64,000 nucleotides of DNA. Source: Chlamydiia bacterium. Lineage in GTDB: Bacteria; Chlamydiota; Chlamydiia; Chlamydiales; 2-12-FULL-49-11. The notes beneath the pieces were generated by a model. The model worked only from the letters and a program-made list of their open reading frames with translations, was not told the origin of the DNA and did not search any database. The stretch's first letter is position 1; each line of letters begins with the position of its first letter. The stretch is from assembly GCA_022601435.1 (NCBI GenBank), contig JAJACQ010000034.1, positions 28,688-92,687 of the forward strand, given 5' to 3'. The position numbers were made by a program, and so were the translations under genes. This document shows, in pieces, positions 19,139-28,649 of the stretch.

Positions 19139-20847
19139 AAGATTTAATTATAAATGAGATTAAAGGATCTGTCGAAGAGGCCTACACCTCTTTATTTGAT
19201 ACAGCAGAAGAAGCTCATATTGATCAAAGCAAGGACAAAAAATTCGGCGATTATCAATGTAGCATCGCTTTAAAAGCTTCGAAAATCTTACAAAAACCTC
19301 CCCGAGTAATTGCTGAACTCATTTGTGAGAAGATAAAAGATTCTGATTTATTTGAAAAAGTTGAGATTGCAGGTCCTGGTTTTATTAATATGACCCTTGC
19401 CAAAGATAAAATCACTTCCTGGGCAAACGATTGCTTGTCCGATGAGGGGCTTTTAGTTCCAAAAGAAAAACACGAAAAAGTCATTGTTGATTTTTCTTCT
19501 CCAAATATTGCAAAAACTATGCACGTAGGCCATCTGCGCTCAACAATTATTGGTGATGCCATTGCCAATCTTCTAGAATTTTTGGGTTACGAAGTTCTTC
19601 GTTTGAATCATGTGGGGGACTTTGGCACACAATTTGGAATGTTGATTACATACCTAAATACATATAAACCTCAAGTGCTCAAAGAAGATAGAAATTGCAG
19701 TATTGAAGATTTGGTTGCTTGGTACAAAGCTTCAAAGAAGAAGTTTGATGAAGATCCTCAGTTTAAAAAAGAGTCTCAAGAGCAAGTTGTAAAATTGCAA
19801 TCTAAAGACAAACAATCTGTTCAAGCATGGGAGAAAATTTGCGATATTTCTAGAAAAGGCTTTTCGCAAATCTATGATATCTTAGATGTTCACCTTGAAG
19901 AACGCGGCGAATCTTTTTACTACCCGTTTCTAAAAAAAGTGGTAGAAGATTTTGAAAGCAAAGGCTTATCTAAAATTGATAATGGAGCAACCTGCGTCTT
20001 TATGGAAGGCTTTAAAAATAAAGATGGGGACATTCTTCCGCTAATCATTAAAAAATCCGATGGTGGTTTTAACTATGCAACTACTGATTTAGCTGGTTTT
20101 TTTTATCGCACTTCAGAAGATAAAGCAAAGCGCATTATCGTAGTGACTGACCTTGGGCAAAAAATGCACTTTACTATGGCTCACGAAGCTGCAAAACTTG
20201 TGGGATACATCGATGATACTACACGCTTTGATCATGTTCCTTTTGGTCTTGTACTTTCTCCTGACGGTAAAAAATATAAAACAAGATCTGGTGAAACCGA
20301 AAGCCTAGCAGACCTTTTAGATGAAGCCGTTACTCGCGCAAAAGCCTTGCTTGATGAAAAAGGTGTTGAAGATAACGATGAGATTGCAAAAGTACTGGGG
20401 ATTGCCTCTGTTAAATATGCTGATCTGTCTTCAAATCGCATTAAAGACTATACTTTCAGCTACGATCGTATGCTTAAATTTGACGGCAATACCGCCGCAT
20501 TCATCATCTACTCTTACGTAAGAATCCAAAGCATCAAAAGAAAAGCAAATGTTCAAATAGAAGATTTGCCAAAAGAAATTTCAATCTCTCATCCATCTGA
20601 AAGATCATTAATCTTGCACTTGATGCACTTCGGAGAAGTCCTGCACACCATGAAAGATGATTTGCTGCCAAATCATTTGACTGAGTATCTCTTTTGCTTA
20701 GCCGAAAAGTTTAACGCTTTCTTCAGGGATTGCCAGGTGATGAATTCTGAGGAAATGAATTCCAGATTGCTGATTTGTGAGCTTGCCGGAAGGCATATCG
20801 CCCAAGGGCTAACAATTTTAGGCATAAAAACCGTTAGCAGGATGTGA
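19129..20847 (+). CDS. argS: arginine--tRNA ligase
   Basis: Class I HIGH variant 'AKTMHVGHLRSTIIGD'. Length 572 aa. The C-terminal anticodon-binding domain ends in '...SRM'. Confidence 0.95.
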   Translation: MQVKDLIINEIKGSVEEAYTSLFDTAEEAHIDQSKDKKFGDYQCSIALKASKILQKPPRVIAELICEKIKDSDLFEKVEIAGPGFINMTLAKDKITSWANDCLSDEGLLVPKEKHEKVIVDFSSPNIAKTMHVGHLRSTIIGDAIANLLEFLGYEVLRLNHVGDFGTQFGMLITYLNTYKPQVLKEDRNCSIEDLVAWYKASKKKFDEDPQFKKESQEQVVKLQSKDKQSVQAWEKICDISRKGFSQIYDILDVHLEERGESFYYPFLKKVVEDFESKGLSKIDNGATCVFMEGFKNKDGDILPLIIKKSDGGFNYATTDLAGFFYRTSEDKAKRIIVVTDLGQKMHFTMAHEAAKLVGYIDDTTRFDHVPFGLVLSPDGKKYKTRSGETESLADLLDEAVTRAKALLDEKGVEDNDEIAKVLGIASVKYADLSSNRIKDYTFSYDRMLKFDGNTAAFIIYSYVRIQSIKRKANVQIEDLPKEISISHPSERSLILHLMHFGEVLHTMKDDLLPNHLTEYLFCLAEKFNAFFRDCQVMNSEEMNSRLLICELAGRHIAQGLTILGIKTVSRM

Positions 20848-21050
20848 GAAGGTTTTATTTTAAGTGATTGGGGGAGGGCTCTTTACTTATAGTGTATTTA
20901 TTTATTTAAAACCGGATTAATTAATAAAGTTAAAATTTTAATTATGGTGTTTATGAAGGTTTTTCCATTTTCTTTTAAGGTTAATCTTGAGAAATTTGTT
21001 TGTAACGTGTTACATTTATTTAAAATAGCCACAATATAGGACATAATAGC

Positions 21051-21944
21051 ATGAACATAATCCATCAGAATGCTCAAAACTTTTTAGATATGAGTATTGC
21101 ACTACAGCTTAATGATGAGCAGGTAAGAGAATTAACGCAACTGTTTAGCGATCAAACAGTTGAGTATGATGATCGTTTAATTAGACATATTGATGGAAGG
21201 ACTGTAAAGAATTTATGGGATAAGACATATGAGTATGCTGGGCATGATAGATATATAGGGGTGATATTAAGAGTATTATATACTCTAGCAAGTCTTGTGT
21301 CTGCTGGTATTTTTACTTTAATTGATCATGGTGTTCAAGCAATTCGAAGAGAGATTATATATAATGGAAGGGACTTTTCATATAATCAGGGATCATATAC
21401 TCCGAATCAAGCACCTGATTTTGATACAACACGTCGAAGGCTTATTCAAAGAACTCTTGAGTATCTAGATAGCCAAGGTTTTCTTAACAGAATAAATGGT
21501 CGCTATCCGAATCAAATGCCTGATTTAGATGAATGGATGCAAGCTCGTTCAGAAGCACGCAGTCAACAACAGGCAGTTGATCAACAAATAGGAGCTCGAA
21601 TGGAAGATTTAAGTCGTGCCATGGAAGATATAGCTAATCCAGTCACAAGCGAAGCTCGATCGGCATTGCAAGAATCATTGAATGCTGCAAGGGAAGCGAC
21701 TAATCATTTATCAGAGGAGCAGCGACAAGGTGTTATAAATGATAGTTTTACTGCTGCAGAAAACATGCTAAGAAGAGAAACATTAGAAGAGCAAAAAGCA
21801 AAGCTAGCAGAAGTACATTCTGCCTTAAATAGGACTACACAAGCAAGCAAAGGCAGAGTGCCAACAATGTCATTTGCACAATTAGACTCTTATATAAGTC
21901 ATCTGAGAGAATCTATACAAAAACAAAGAGTCAATATAGGTTAA
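21051..21944 (+). CDS. hypothetical protein, one hydrophobic segment plus Q/E/R-rich helical C-terminal half
   Basis: Hydrophobic 'YIGVILRVLYTLASLVSAGIFTLI' (aa ~68-91). The C-terminal half looks coiled-coil-like. It follows a 203-bp AT-rich gap containing the inverted repeat TGTAAC-GT-GTTACA. Confidence 0.55.
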   Translation: MNIIHQNAQNFLDMSIALQLNDEQVRELTQLFSDQTVEYDDRLIRHIDGRTVKNLWDKTYEYAGHDRYIGVILRVLYTLASLVSAGIFTLIDHGVQAIRREIIYNGRDFSYNQGSYTPNQAPDFDTTRRRLIQRTLEYLDSQGFLNRINGRYPNQMPDLDEWMQARSEARSQQQAVDQQIGARMEDLSRAMEDIANPVTSEARSALQESLNAAREATNHLSEEQRQGVINDSFTAAENMLRRETLEEQKAKLAEVHSALNRTTQASKGRVPTMSFAQLDSYISHLRESIQKQRVNIG

Positions 21945-21965
21945 TAAGAACTAATTAGAGTATGT

Positions 21966-24551
21966 TTACTTTTTTTTGAGAATTGTGTAGGTGACAACAG
22001 GTTTTGAGATACCCTTAAATTGTTGAGGCGGATTTTCGCGGTATTCTACATGGTCTTTTACAAAGGCAAGGGTTTCATGGGTGACAAGTGTCTCACAGCC
22101 TTTGGCAAAATCACAGATACGTGCAGTCAAGTTAACGATATGACCAAGCACTGTATAGGAGAGGTGATTTTCTGCTCCGACGTTTCCAGCGACTGCTTCA
22201 CCTGTGTGGATTCCAATTCCTATTTCTAATTTGCAAAAGCCTGATTTTTCTCGCGTATCATTCCAGATAGTAATGGCTTTTTGCATTTCGATAGCGCAAA
22301 GAACGGCTTGTAGGGCGTGATCTTCAGTAGTAATAGGGGCGCCGAAGAGGGTCATGATTTTATCACCTTCATATTTATCGATCACTCCTTCAAAGTCATC
22401 TATAACGGCGCTTAAAAGGGTGAGGCATTCATTAAGCATGATAAGAACATCTTCAGGATTCATTCTTTCTGTAATAGAGGTAAAGTTTCGGATGTCACAA
22501 AAGAACACTGTAAGGGTTCTTAACTCACCGCCTAAAGAAATACCCTCTTTTAAGATCTTCTCAGCAACTTGTTTTGAGACTACTTTATCTAAAAGACCGC
22601 GGACTTTATTTCCTTCTTTCATGGCTGTTAACATTTCAGCAAAAGAGGTATAAAGTGTTCCAATTTCGTCTTTTCGTTTTGTTTGGGTATCATCTATAGA
22701 CACATCGGTTATTTTTCGTGTAGTTATTTGTTTCGTAATGGCTGCTAATTGATTAATAGGGCGCGTTACTGTATTGATGACTCTAGAAAGTATAAAGATG
22801 ATGATGATCAAAGATACAATTATTAAAATAGAGGAATGAATTGTTACACGTCTTGAAAGGGCGTGCACATGATTACTTATTGAATTGATAATCGATGTGC
22901 GACTTTCTTGTTTTTCGATGAGGATGACTTGCCCACCTTCAGTAGTAATTTTTCCAAGATTTGTAAAAAAGAGCTCATGACCATCATTATCAATCAATGA
23001 TCCAGTTTTTTGTGTGAGAAGTTTCATTCTATTTGGGTCGCTATCATTGAGAATATTTTTTACATTACCGTTACTTTCGTAGTATCTGATATTTCCGTTA
23101 CCATAGACAAAAGCAACTTCATCTGGTGAAATAAGACTTAAATTTATCAAAATGGGATCAAGGGCTATTCCTAAAGTAATGGCAGACTCATTAGCTTCTT
23201 TCATAGGAGGTTTTTGGTATGTGATATAGCTTGTGCTAGTAATATAAGGCTCTTTTAACTCTTCATCGAAAAAGACTCTAAGCTCAGGGTCTCTGCAGGA
23301 TCGAGCTGTTCCTGCTTTGCCATCAAAAATGATTTTTTTATCATATTCAGGATTTCCTACTTCTAGTTTACAGTTTCTTGTGACATGAATAGTTTTGTTT
23401 AAAAAAACATCATCGGTAAAAAATCCTTCGGTGACATTTTCAAAGAATGCTTCTTCATCATTTGTTGTTCGAGCAAGTGATGTGACTATTCCTTTTGGCA
23501 TTCCAGGAGAAAAAGGAGAAAAATCCCAAATACCTGTTCGTATAAGCATTCCTAATTCCCAGATTAATCTTGATTGTGTGATCTTATGTTCAAAATTCCT
23601 TCTGGTTGTCCATTTTCCTTCAGGAAAGCGTTTTATTTCATAATCACAAGATTTGCCAATGCAAAAATTTCTTTCGTAAGAAATATTAGGTTTTATTTTG
23701 TTTAATTCTTGTTTTATAAACGGTTGAAGCTTTTGTTTGTTTTTGATTGTAGAGACAAGGTCTGGGTTAGAATTAAGTTTTTCTTTCGTAACTTTAAGCA
23801 TTACTTTTAAGCTCTCAAATAAAAAATCAAATTCTTCTTGAGTATGAAGGGTTATAGCTTCGTCAAACACGTGTTTATAAAGTAAGTGATTTTGAATAAT
23901 TAAATCATCAGGATTCATATTTAGAACTTGATCAACCGTAAACAATAGCCATTGAGGTGGTTGCTTTGCTAAGAAAAAATCTGATACATTATCCGTATTT
24001 ACATATTTAGTAATTGTTTCATTAGACCAAAATGGAACGCCTACGTAGGCGCAAAAATTACAATCCTCATTTTTAGTGGTAAAGATGACAAGGTCTTCGC
24101 CAACGGGTATCTTTACAAATTTAAGAAGAAATGGTTTTGCCTGCCTGATGTAGGCCGATAGGTTGTCATTGATTTGAACATTTATAAAATCGAGCCATGG
24201 GTAGGTAGTCATCACAGCAGCACTGCTTCCCCAATCATTTGTTTTTACATTAAAGGGGTCGGGTAAAAATCTAAGGCGCCATTGTGAACTTGTTCTCATA
24301 GATTTAAAAACATCATACATTTTTTCGGCTTCATCATTTATCGTTAAGCTTAAATATTTAAGGATATTTTCAATGTTTGTCTCATCTACTTGCTTAACTT
24401 TTGAAATAAGATTATTTTCTTCTTTTTTAAGGCTAAAGCTAATTTCAAAATGCGAAATAAAAAATATCGAGGAGATGGCAACTAAAAAAAGTGCGGAAAC
24501 CAAGAGTAGTATTCGAATTCTTAGAGGCATAACTTTTAAATAAACGATCAT
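21966..24551 (-). CDS. receptor-type class III adenylate cyclase (TM - large extracytoplasmic domain - TM - HAMP - cyclase)
   Basis: TM1 'ILLLVSALFLVAISSIFFI' and TM2 'ILIIVSLIIIIFILS'. HAMP-like 'RPINQLAAITKQI...EIGTLYTSFAEML'. Cyclase 'TVFFCDIRNFT', 'KYEGDKIMTLFGAP' and 'GHIVNLTARI'. Confidence 0.85.
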   Translation of the reverse strand: MIVYLKVMPLRIRILLLVSALFLVAISSIFFISHFEISFSLKKEENNLISKVKQVDETNIENILKYLSLTINDEAEKMYDVFKSMRTSSQWRLRFLPDPFNVKTNDWGSSAAVMTTYPWLDFINVQINDNLSAYIRQAKPFLLKFVKIPVGEDLVIFTTKNEDCNFCAYVGVPFWSNETITKYVNTDNVSDFFLAKQPPQWLLFTVDQVLNMNPDDLIIQNHLLYKHVFDEAITLHTQEEFDFLFESLKVMLKVTKEKLNSNPDLVSTIKNKQKLQPFIKQELNKIKPNISYERNFCIGKSCDYEIKRFPEGKWTTRRNFEHKITQSRLIWELGMLIRTGIWDFSPFSPGMPKGIVTSLARTTNDEEAFFENVTEGFFTDDVFLNKTIHVTRNCKLEVGNPEYDKKIIFDGKAGTARSCRDPELRVFFDEELKEPYITSTSYITYQKPPMKEANESAITLGIALDPILINLSLISPDEVAFVYGNGNIRYYESNGNVKNILNDSDPNRMKLLTQKTGSLIDNDGHELFFTNLGKITTEGGQVILIEKQESRTSIINSISNHVHALSRRVTIHSSILIIVSLIIIIFILSRVINTVTRPINQLAAITKQITTRKITDVSIDDTQTKRKDEIGTLYTSFAEMLTAMKEGNKVRGLLDKVVSKQVAEKILKEGISLGGELRTLTVFFCDIRNFTSITERMNPEDVLIMLNECLTLLSAVIDDFEGVIDKYEGDKIMTLFGAPITTEDHALQAVLCAIEMQKAITIWNDTREKSGFCKLEIGIGIHTGEAVAGNVGAENHLSYTVLGHIVNLTARICDFAKGCETLVTHETLAFVKDHVEYRENPPQQFKGISKPVVTYTILKKK

Positions 24552-24610
24552 TTATTAATTAGGTATAAAAAAACATTTATAGAATAGATTTTTTTAAGTA
24601 AACTAAAGTT

Positions 24611-25960
24611 ATGAATTTTGATTATTTTGAAATTAAGGGTGGAATACCTTTAAATGGTGAAGTCAAGGTCACGGGTGCTAAAAATGCAGTGACTAAAATT
24701 ATTGTTGCCTCAATGTTATCGGACAAAAAATGTACTCTGCATAATGTTCCTAATATTTCTGATGTGGAGATCACTTTAGAGCTTTGCAAAGAAATTGGTA
24801 TGAAAGTTAATTGGGATAAAAAAAAACATAAGCTATCAATTCAAACAAAAGAGATCATTACACGTCACATTCCTCAAAGATTTTCAGGCGCTAATCGTAT
24901 CCCTATATTGCTTATTGGAGCATTATTAGGAAGGTGTCGTGAAGAAATTATCATTCCAACTGTTGGGGGATGTCATATTGGACAGCGTCCTGTTGATTTC
25001 CATATTAATTCTTTAGAAAAACTGGGTGCTTTCATTGATTATCGCAAGATCGGTGAAGATACTGTTTATGTAGCATCTGCTCCTAAAGGTTTGGTAGGAC
25101 AAATCATTGAATTGGATTACCCTTCGGTAGGTGCTACCGAAAATACTATTTTAGCTGCATGTTTGGCAAAGGGCCGGACTGTAATAAAGAACGCTGCAAT
25201 GGAATGTGAGATTTTGGATTTGATTCATTTTTTACAAAAATGCGGTGTGTCTATTTATGTTGATGTAGATCGTACCATTCATATTGATGAGACAAAGCAA
25301 TTCTATCCATGTGAACATACTGTGATTACTGATCGTATAGTTGCCGCTTCTTTTGGAATGGCAGCCATTGCTACTAAAGGAAGAGTCTTTGTTAAAGGTG
25401 CTAATCAAGAACACATGGTTACATTTTTAAATCACATCCGAGAAATAGGTGGCGGCTTTTCTGTCGAAAAAGACGGTATAGAGTTTTATTATGATAAAGA
25501 GCTAAAGGGAGGAGCGCATCTGGAAACGGATGTTCACCCTGGCTTTATGACTGATTGGCAACAACCGTTTACTATTTTACTTACTCAAGGAAAGCATTCA
25601 TCTGTTGTTCATGAAACTGTTTATGAATCTCGGTTTGGATATGTTCATACCTTAATTGAAATGGGGGCGGATATAGACTTTTTTACGAAATGTCTTGGTA
25701 GGAAACCTTGTCGTTTTGCTTTAAAAAATCATGCTCATTCAATTGTGATTAAGGGAAATGCAAGACTTGTGGCTAAAGATATAATGATTCCAGATTTAAG
25801 AGCAGGGTTTGCGTATGTGATGGCTGCATTAGTAGCAGAAGGCACTTCTAAAATTTCAAATTTACACTTTTTGGATCGTGGTTATGAGGATTTAGAGAAT
25901 AAATTTAAAAATTTGGGGGCTCAGATTGAAAGAAAGTCCTCTGAGCTTGTTTTGATTTAA
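24611..25960 (+). CDS. murA: UDP-N-acetylglucosamine 1-carboxyvinyltransferase
   Basis: 'VTGAKNAVTKIIVASML' and the active-site loop 'VGGCHIGQRPVDFH', with Cys at aa 121 (codon TGT 24971-24973). Confidence 0.95.
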   Translation: MNFDYFEIKGGIPLNGEVKVTGAKNAVTKIIVASMLSDKKCTLHNVPNISDVEITLELCKEIGMKVNWDKKKHKLSIQTKEIITRHIPQRFSGANRIPILLIGALLGRCREEIIIPTVGGCHIGQRPVDFHINSLEKLGAFIDYRKIGEDTVYVASAPKGLVGQIIELDYPSVGATENTILAACLAKGRTVIKNAAMECEILDLIHFLQKCGVSIYVDVDRTIHIDETKQFYPCEHTVITDRIVAASFGMAAIATKGRVFVKGANQEHMVTFLNHIREIGGGFSVEKDGIEFYYDKELKGGAHLETDVHPGFMTDWQQPFTILLTQGKHSSVVHETVYESRFGYVHTLIEMGADIDFFTKCLGRKPCRFALKNHAHSIVIKGNARLVAKDIMIPDLRAGFAYVMAALVAEGTSKISNLHFLDRGYEDLENKFKNLGAQIERKSSELVLI

Positions 25961-25984
25961 GTTATCTTGTGGTATGCTGTTTAC

Positions 25985-26938
25985 ATGGAGAAATGGCGTC
26001 TAGTTCAAAAGAAAGGGTTTACAAATCTTGATGATATCGCTCAATTTTTATCTTTAGATAAAGATAAAAAGGCTCGCTTGATCACAAAAAAGGAATTTCC
26101 TCTTCATTTGCCATTGAGAATCGCTCAAAAGATGCCTAAAAATTGTCTTGAAAACCCCTTAGCACTTCAATTCCTTCCTTTAGATCTTGAGTTAAGTGAT
26201 GAAGGGATGATTGATCCTGTCGGTGATGTAGCAAGTTCTAAAGGTAAAGCTTTACTTCATAAATATGAAGGAAGGGCTCTTTTGTTAGTGACTGGAGCTT
26301 GCGTTATGCACTGTAGATATTGCTTTAGGCAGAATTATTCCTATGAGTCAGAAATCGATAAAGCTATAGCAATAATTCGCCAAGATCCATCCATTAAAGA
26401 GGTTATATTAAGTGGAGGAGATCCGTTATCCTTGTCAGATCGAGCCTTGTCAGCCTTAATGGCTCAGATTGAGGACATTGATCATGTTGAAATTATCCGT
26501 TTTCATACAAGATTCTTAATTGGGGTTCCTGAAAGAGTGACTGATAAGTTTTTATACACATTAAAAAGTAGCTCTAAGCAAATAGTATTTGTTCTTCATG
26601 TGAATTCTGCTCTTGAACTAGATAGTGATATATTTTCAGAACTATCTAAAATACAGAAACTTGGGGTTCCAGTGTTAACTCAAACGGTGCTTTTAAAAGG
26701 AGTAAATGACTCTAAGCAAAAGCTTTACGATTTATTTTGGGGATTGGTAGTACATGGGGTAATTCCTTATTACCTTCATAGCTTGGATAGAGTTAAAGGC
26801 TCTTTGCATATGGAGGTGTCTAAAAAAGAAGGAGTTAAGTTGATAAATAGCTTGAGGGATTGCCTTCCAGGTTATGCTGTGCCAACCTTTGTAGAAGAGG
26901 TAGCAGGAAGAAGATCTAAAACCATAATAAACGTATAA
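25985..26938 (+). CDS. epmB: radical SAM lysine 2,3-aminomutase family protein (EpmB-like)
   Basis: CxxxCxxC 'CVMHCRYCFRQ' and 'ILSGGDPL'. Its size fits EpmB rather than KamA. I prefer the ATG at 25985 over the listed TTG at 25967. Confidence 0.8.
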   Translation: MEKWRLVQKKGFTNLDDIAQFLSLDKDKKARLITKKEFPLHLPLRIAQKMPKNCLENPLALQFLPLDLELSDEGMIDPVGDVASSKGKALLHKYEGRALLLVTGACVMHCRYCFRQNYSYESEIDKAIAIIRQDPSIKEVILSGGDPLSLSDRALSALMAQIEDIDHVEIIRFHTRFLIGVPERVTDKFLYTLKSSSKQIVFVLHVNSALELDSDIFSELSKIQKLGVPVLTQTVLLKGVNDSKQKLYDLFWGLVVHGVIPYYLHSLDRVKGSLHMEVSKKEGVKLINSLRDCLPGYAVPTFVEEVAGRRSKTIINV

Positions 26939-26941
26939 TTA

Positions 26942-26970
26942 TTGATTTTAAATTAATAATTTGATATAAT
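26942..26970 (+). promoter_or_regulatory. sigma70-type promoter with extended -10 (TTGATT-17 nt-TGaTATAAT)
   Basis: TTGATT at 26942-26947, a 17-nt spacer, then TGATATAAT at 26962-26970. It lies 28 nt upstream of the ATG at 26998. Confidence 0.5.
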
Positions 26971-26997
26971 TTATTTTACTAAAAAAAGGATTTAATT

Positions 26998-27549
26998 ATG
27001 CAAAAATTTGAGATCGAGTTACCCTCTCATCTAACAAGGGTATCTTTTACTGAGGCACCGATTAAAAAAATCATTGTTTCTATTAGAAAAGGATTTAATC
27101 ACTTAACAGAGCTTGTTATGAACCTTGTTTCTATACTTAGAAAAGGTGCTATAAAGATTAGAGCTTGTTTAAAAAAGACCGTACATCAAATTAAAGCTGC
27201 ACAAAAAAGCATTCCTACAAGCTTTACCAGGTTAGTTTTTCTTTTTAAAAGAAGGGTTATTCTAGAAGATGATAGGCGTCATTTAGAGTTAAAAGCTGAT
27301 TCTGAAATACACAGAAGACATAGTATGGCAGCAGAAGCAATAATTCAAAAAGAATATTTTGTTGTAAATATTAACAATTTAGATGGCATTTCAAAAAATA
27401 CACTAAGTAGATGTAAGCCAAATACAGTTGTAAGAGCAGGTCCTCATTTAGCATCTAGAACAGCAACTAAATGGCTAAATGAACATACAAGTCACGAAGC
27501 AGATTCTACAGCTCGAGGGATTGATGCTCACGGAAAATTAGTTTTATAA
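26998..27549 (+). CDS. hypothetical basic protein (orphan)
   Basis: A 183-aa ORF with its own promoter and an AGGA Shine-Dalgarno. No recognisable domain and no TM segment. Confidence 0.55.
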   Translation: MQKFEIELPSHLTRVSFTEAPIKKIIVSIRKGFNHLTELVMNLVSILRKGAIKIRACLKKTVHQIKAAQKSIPTSFTRLVFLFKRRVILEDDRRHLELKADSEIHRRHSMAAEAIIQKEYFVVNINNLDGISKNTLSRCKPNTVVRAGPHLASRTATKWLNEHTSHEADSTARGIDAHGKLVL

Positions 27550-27571
27550 TTTTTTATTATTTTCAAAACGA

Positions 27572-27615
27572 TCTTTGAACAAATTCAGTTATTTGCTATA
27601 GTCTTTGTTCAAAGA
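27572..27615 (+). promoter_or_regulatory. 12-bp perfect inverted repeat (TCTTTGAACAAA / TTTGTTCAAAGA) ending 2 nt before the histidine-kinase start
   Basis: The arms are at 27572-27583 and 27604-27615 with a 20-nt spacer. Each arm contains the quasi-palindrome TTTG(A/T)(A/T)CAAA. Confidence 0.4.
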
Positions 27616-27617
27616 AT

Positions 27618-28649
27618 ATGTTAAATAAAAGTAAAAAGATTTTAGACAAGATGGGTCCTTATGTTGACGAGGGGCTTATTTTAGTTACCCCAAATTTTGA
27701 ATTAGAGATTCTTTCAGATGCTGCTTATAAATTTTTAGAAATAAAGCAAAAAAGTAAAAAATTACATATTTTTGATCTTCCTGAAAATGCGCTTTCTAAG
27801 AAAATTGAGGAGATGGTGACTTCTGATAGTGAGATTGGTAGTATAAATTCAGGCGAAACCCATACATTGATTGAGTTGATTAATCTAGAAAGAAGCAGCG
27901 TAAGACTTTTAATAATTAAAGATGACTCTAAGCATGAAAAGATGCTTAATATGGGAAAAGAGTTTGTAGGCAATGCCTCACATGAGTTAAGAACTCCTAT
28001 AACTATTATAAAAGGATTTACTGAGATGTTGCTTGAAGCAGGGGAAGATATTGAACCTGTTACACAGAAAAGCATTTTAAAGAAGATGCAGGCAAGTTGT
28101 GATCGCATGGAACATTTAGTGAAGCACTTACTTCGGTTAACTGATTTAGAAAATTGTGATTTAGAAGCCTTGGCATCTGTTGATATTCATCGATTAATTG
28201 AAGACATTAGTTATCAAGTGGTCTCAATATATCCAGATTTTCGTATTGAACATCTGCGTACAGAAGATGAGGCTAAGGCTTACATTGATTCAGATTTAAT
28301 AGAGCTTGTTTTAACTAACTTATTTAAGAATTCAGTGAAATATTCACGTGATGAAAAGGTGATAGAAGTTAAAGTGGATACAACCGGTGAGTATGTCTAT
28401 ATCCAAATAAGCGATAAAGGGATCGGTATTCCAGATAAAGATTTAGATAAAATATTTGATCGATTCTATACAGTGGATAAAGCTCATTGTCGTAAATTAG
28501 GTGGGGCAGGCTTAGGTCTTTCGATTGTGAAATTAATTATTGAGAAGCATGGTGGGAAGATATTTGCTACTTCTGAGTTTGGACAAGGTACAACAATGCA
28601 TCTATATTTACCAAAAGCAAAAGAGCCTATGCAGGTGGCCCTGAAATAA
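27618..28649 (+). CDS. cytoplasmic sensor histidine kinase (PAS-like N-terminus, HisKA, HATPase_c)
   Basis: H-box 'ASHELRTPITIIKGF', N-box 'LTNLFKNSVKY', G1 'DKGIGI' and G2 'GGAGLGLSIV'. No TM segment. No response regulator is adjacent. Confidence 0.9.
   Translation: MLNKSKKILDKMGPYVDEGLILVTPNFELEILSDAAYKFLEIKQKSKKLHIFDLPENALSKKIEEMVTSDSEIGSINSGETHTLIELINLERSSVRLLIIKDDSKHEKMLNMGKEFVGNASHELRTPITIIKGFTEMLLEAGEDIEPVTQKSILKKMQASCDRMEHLVKHLLRLTDLENCDLEALASVDIHRLIEDISYQVVSIYPDFRIEHLRTEDEAKAYIDSDLIELVLTNLFKNSVKYSRDEKVIEVKVDTTGEYVYIQISDKGIGIPDKDLDKIFDRFYTVDKAHCRKLGGAGLGLSIVKLIIEKHGGKIFATSEFGQGTTMHLYLPKAKEPMQVALK

Noticed and set aside
20944-21039. 31-aa upstream ORF (MVFMKVFPFSFKVNLEKFVCNVLHLFKIATI*) ending 12 nt before the 21051 start
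   Set aside because: No Shine-Dalgarno sequence and an AT-rich chance-level length. It is mentioned only as context for the inverted repeat it contains.
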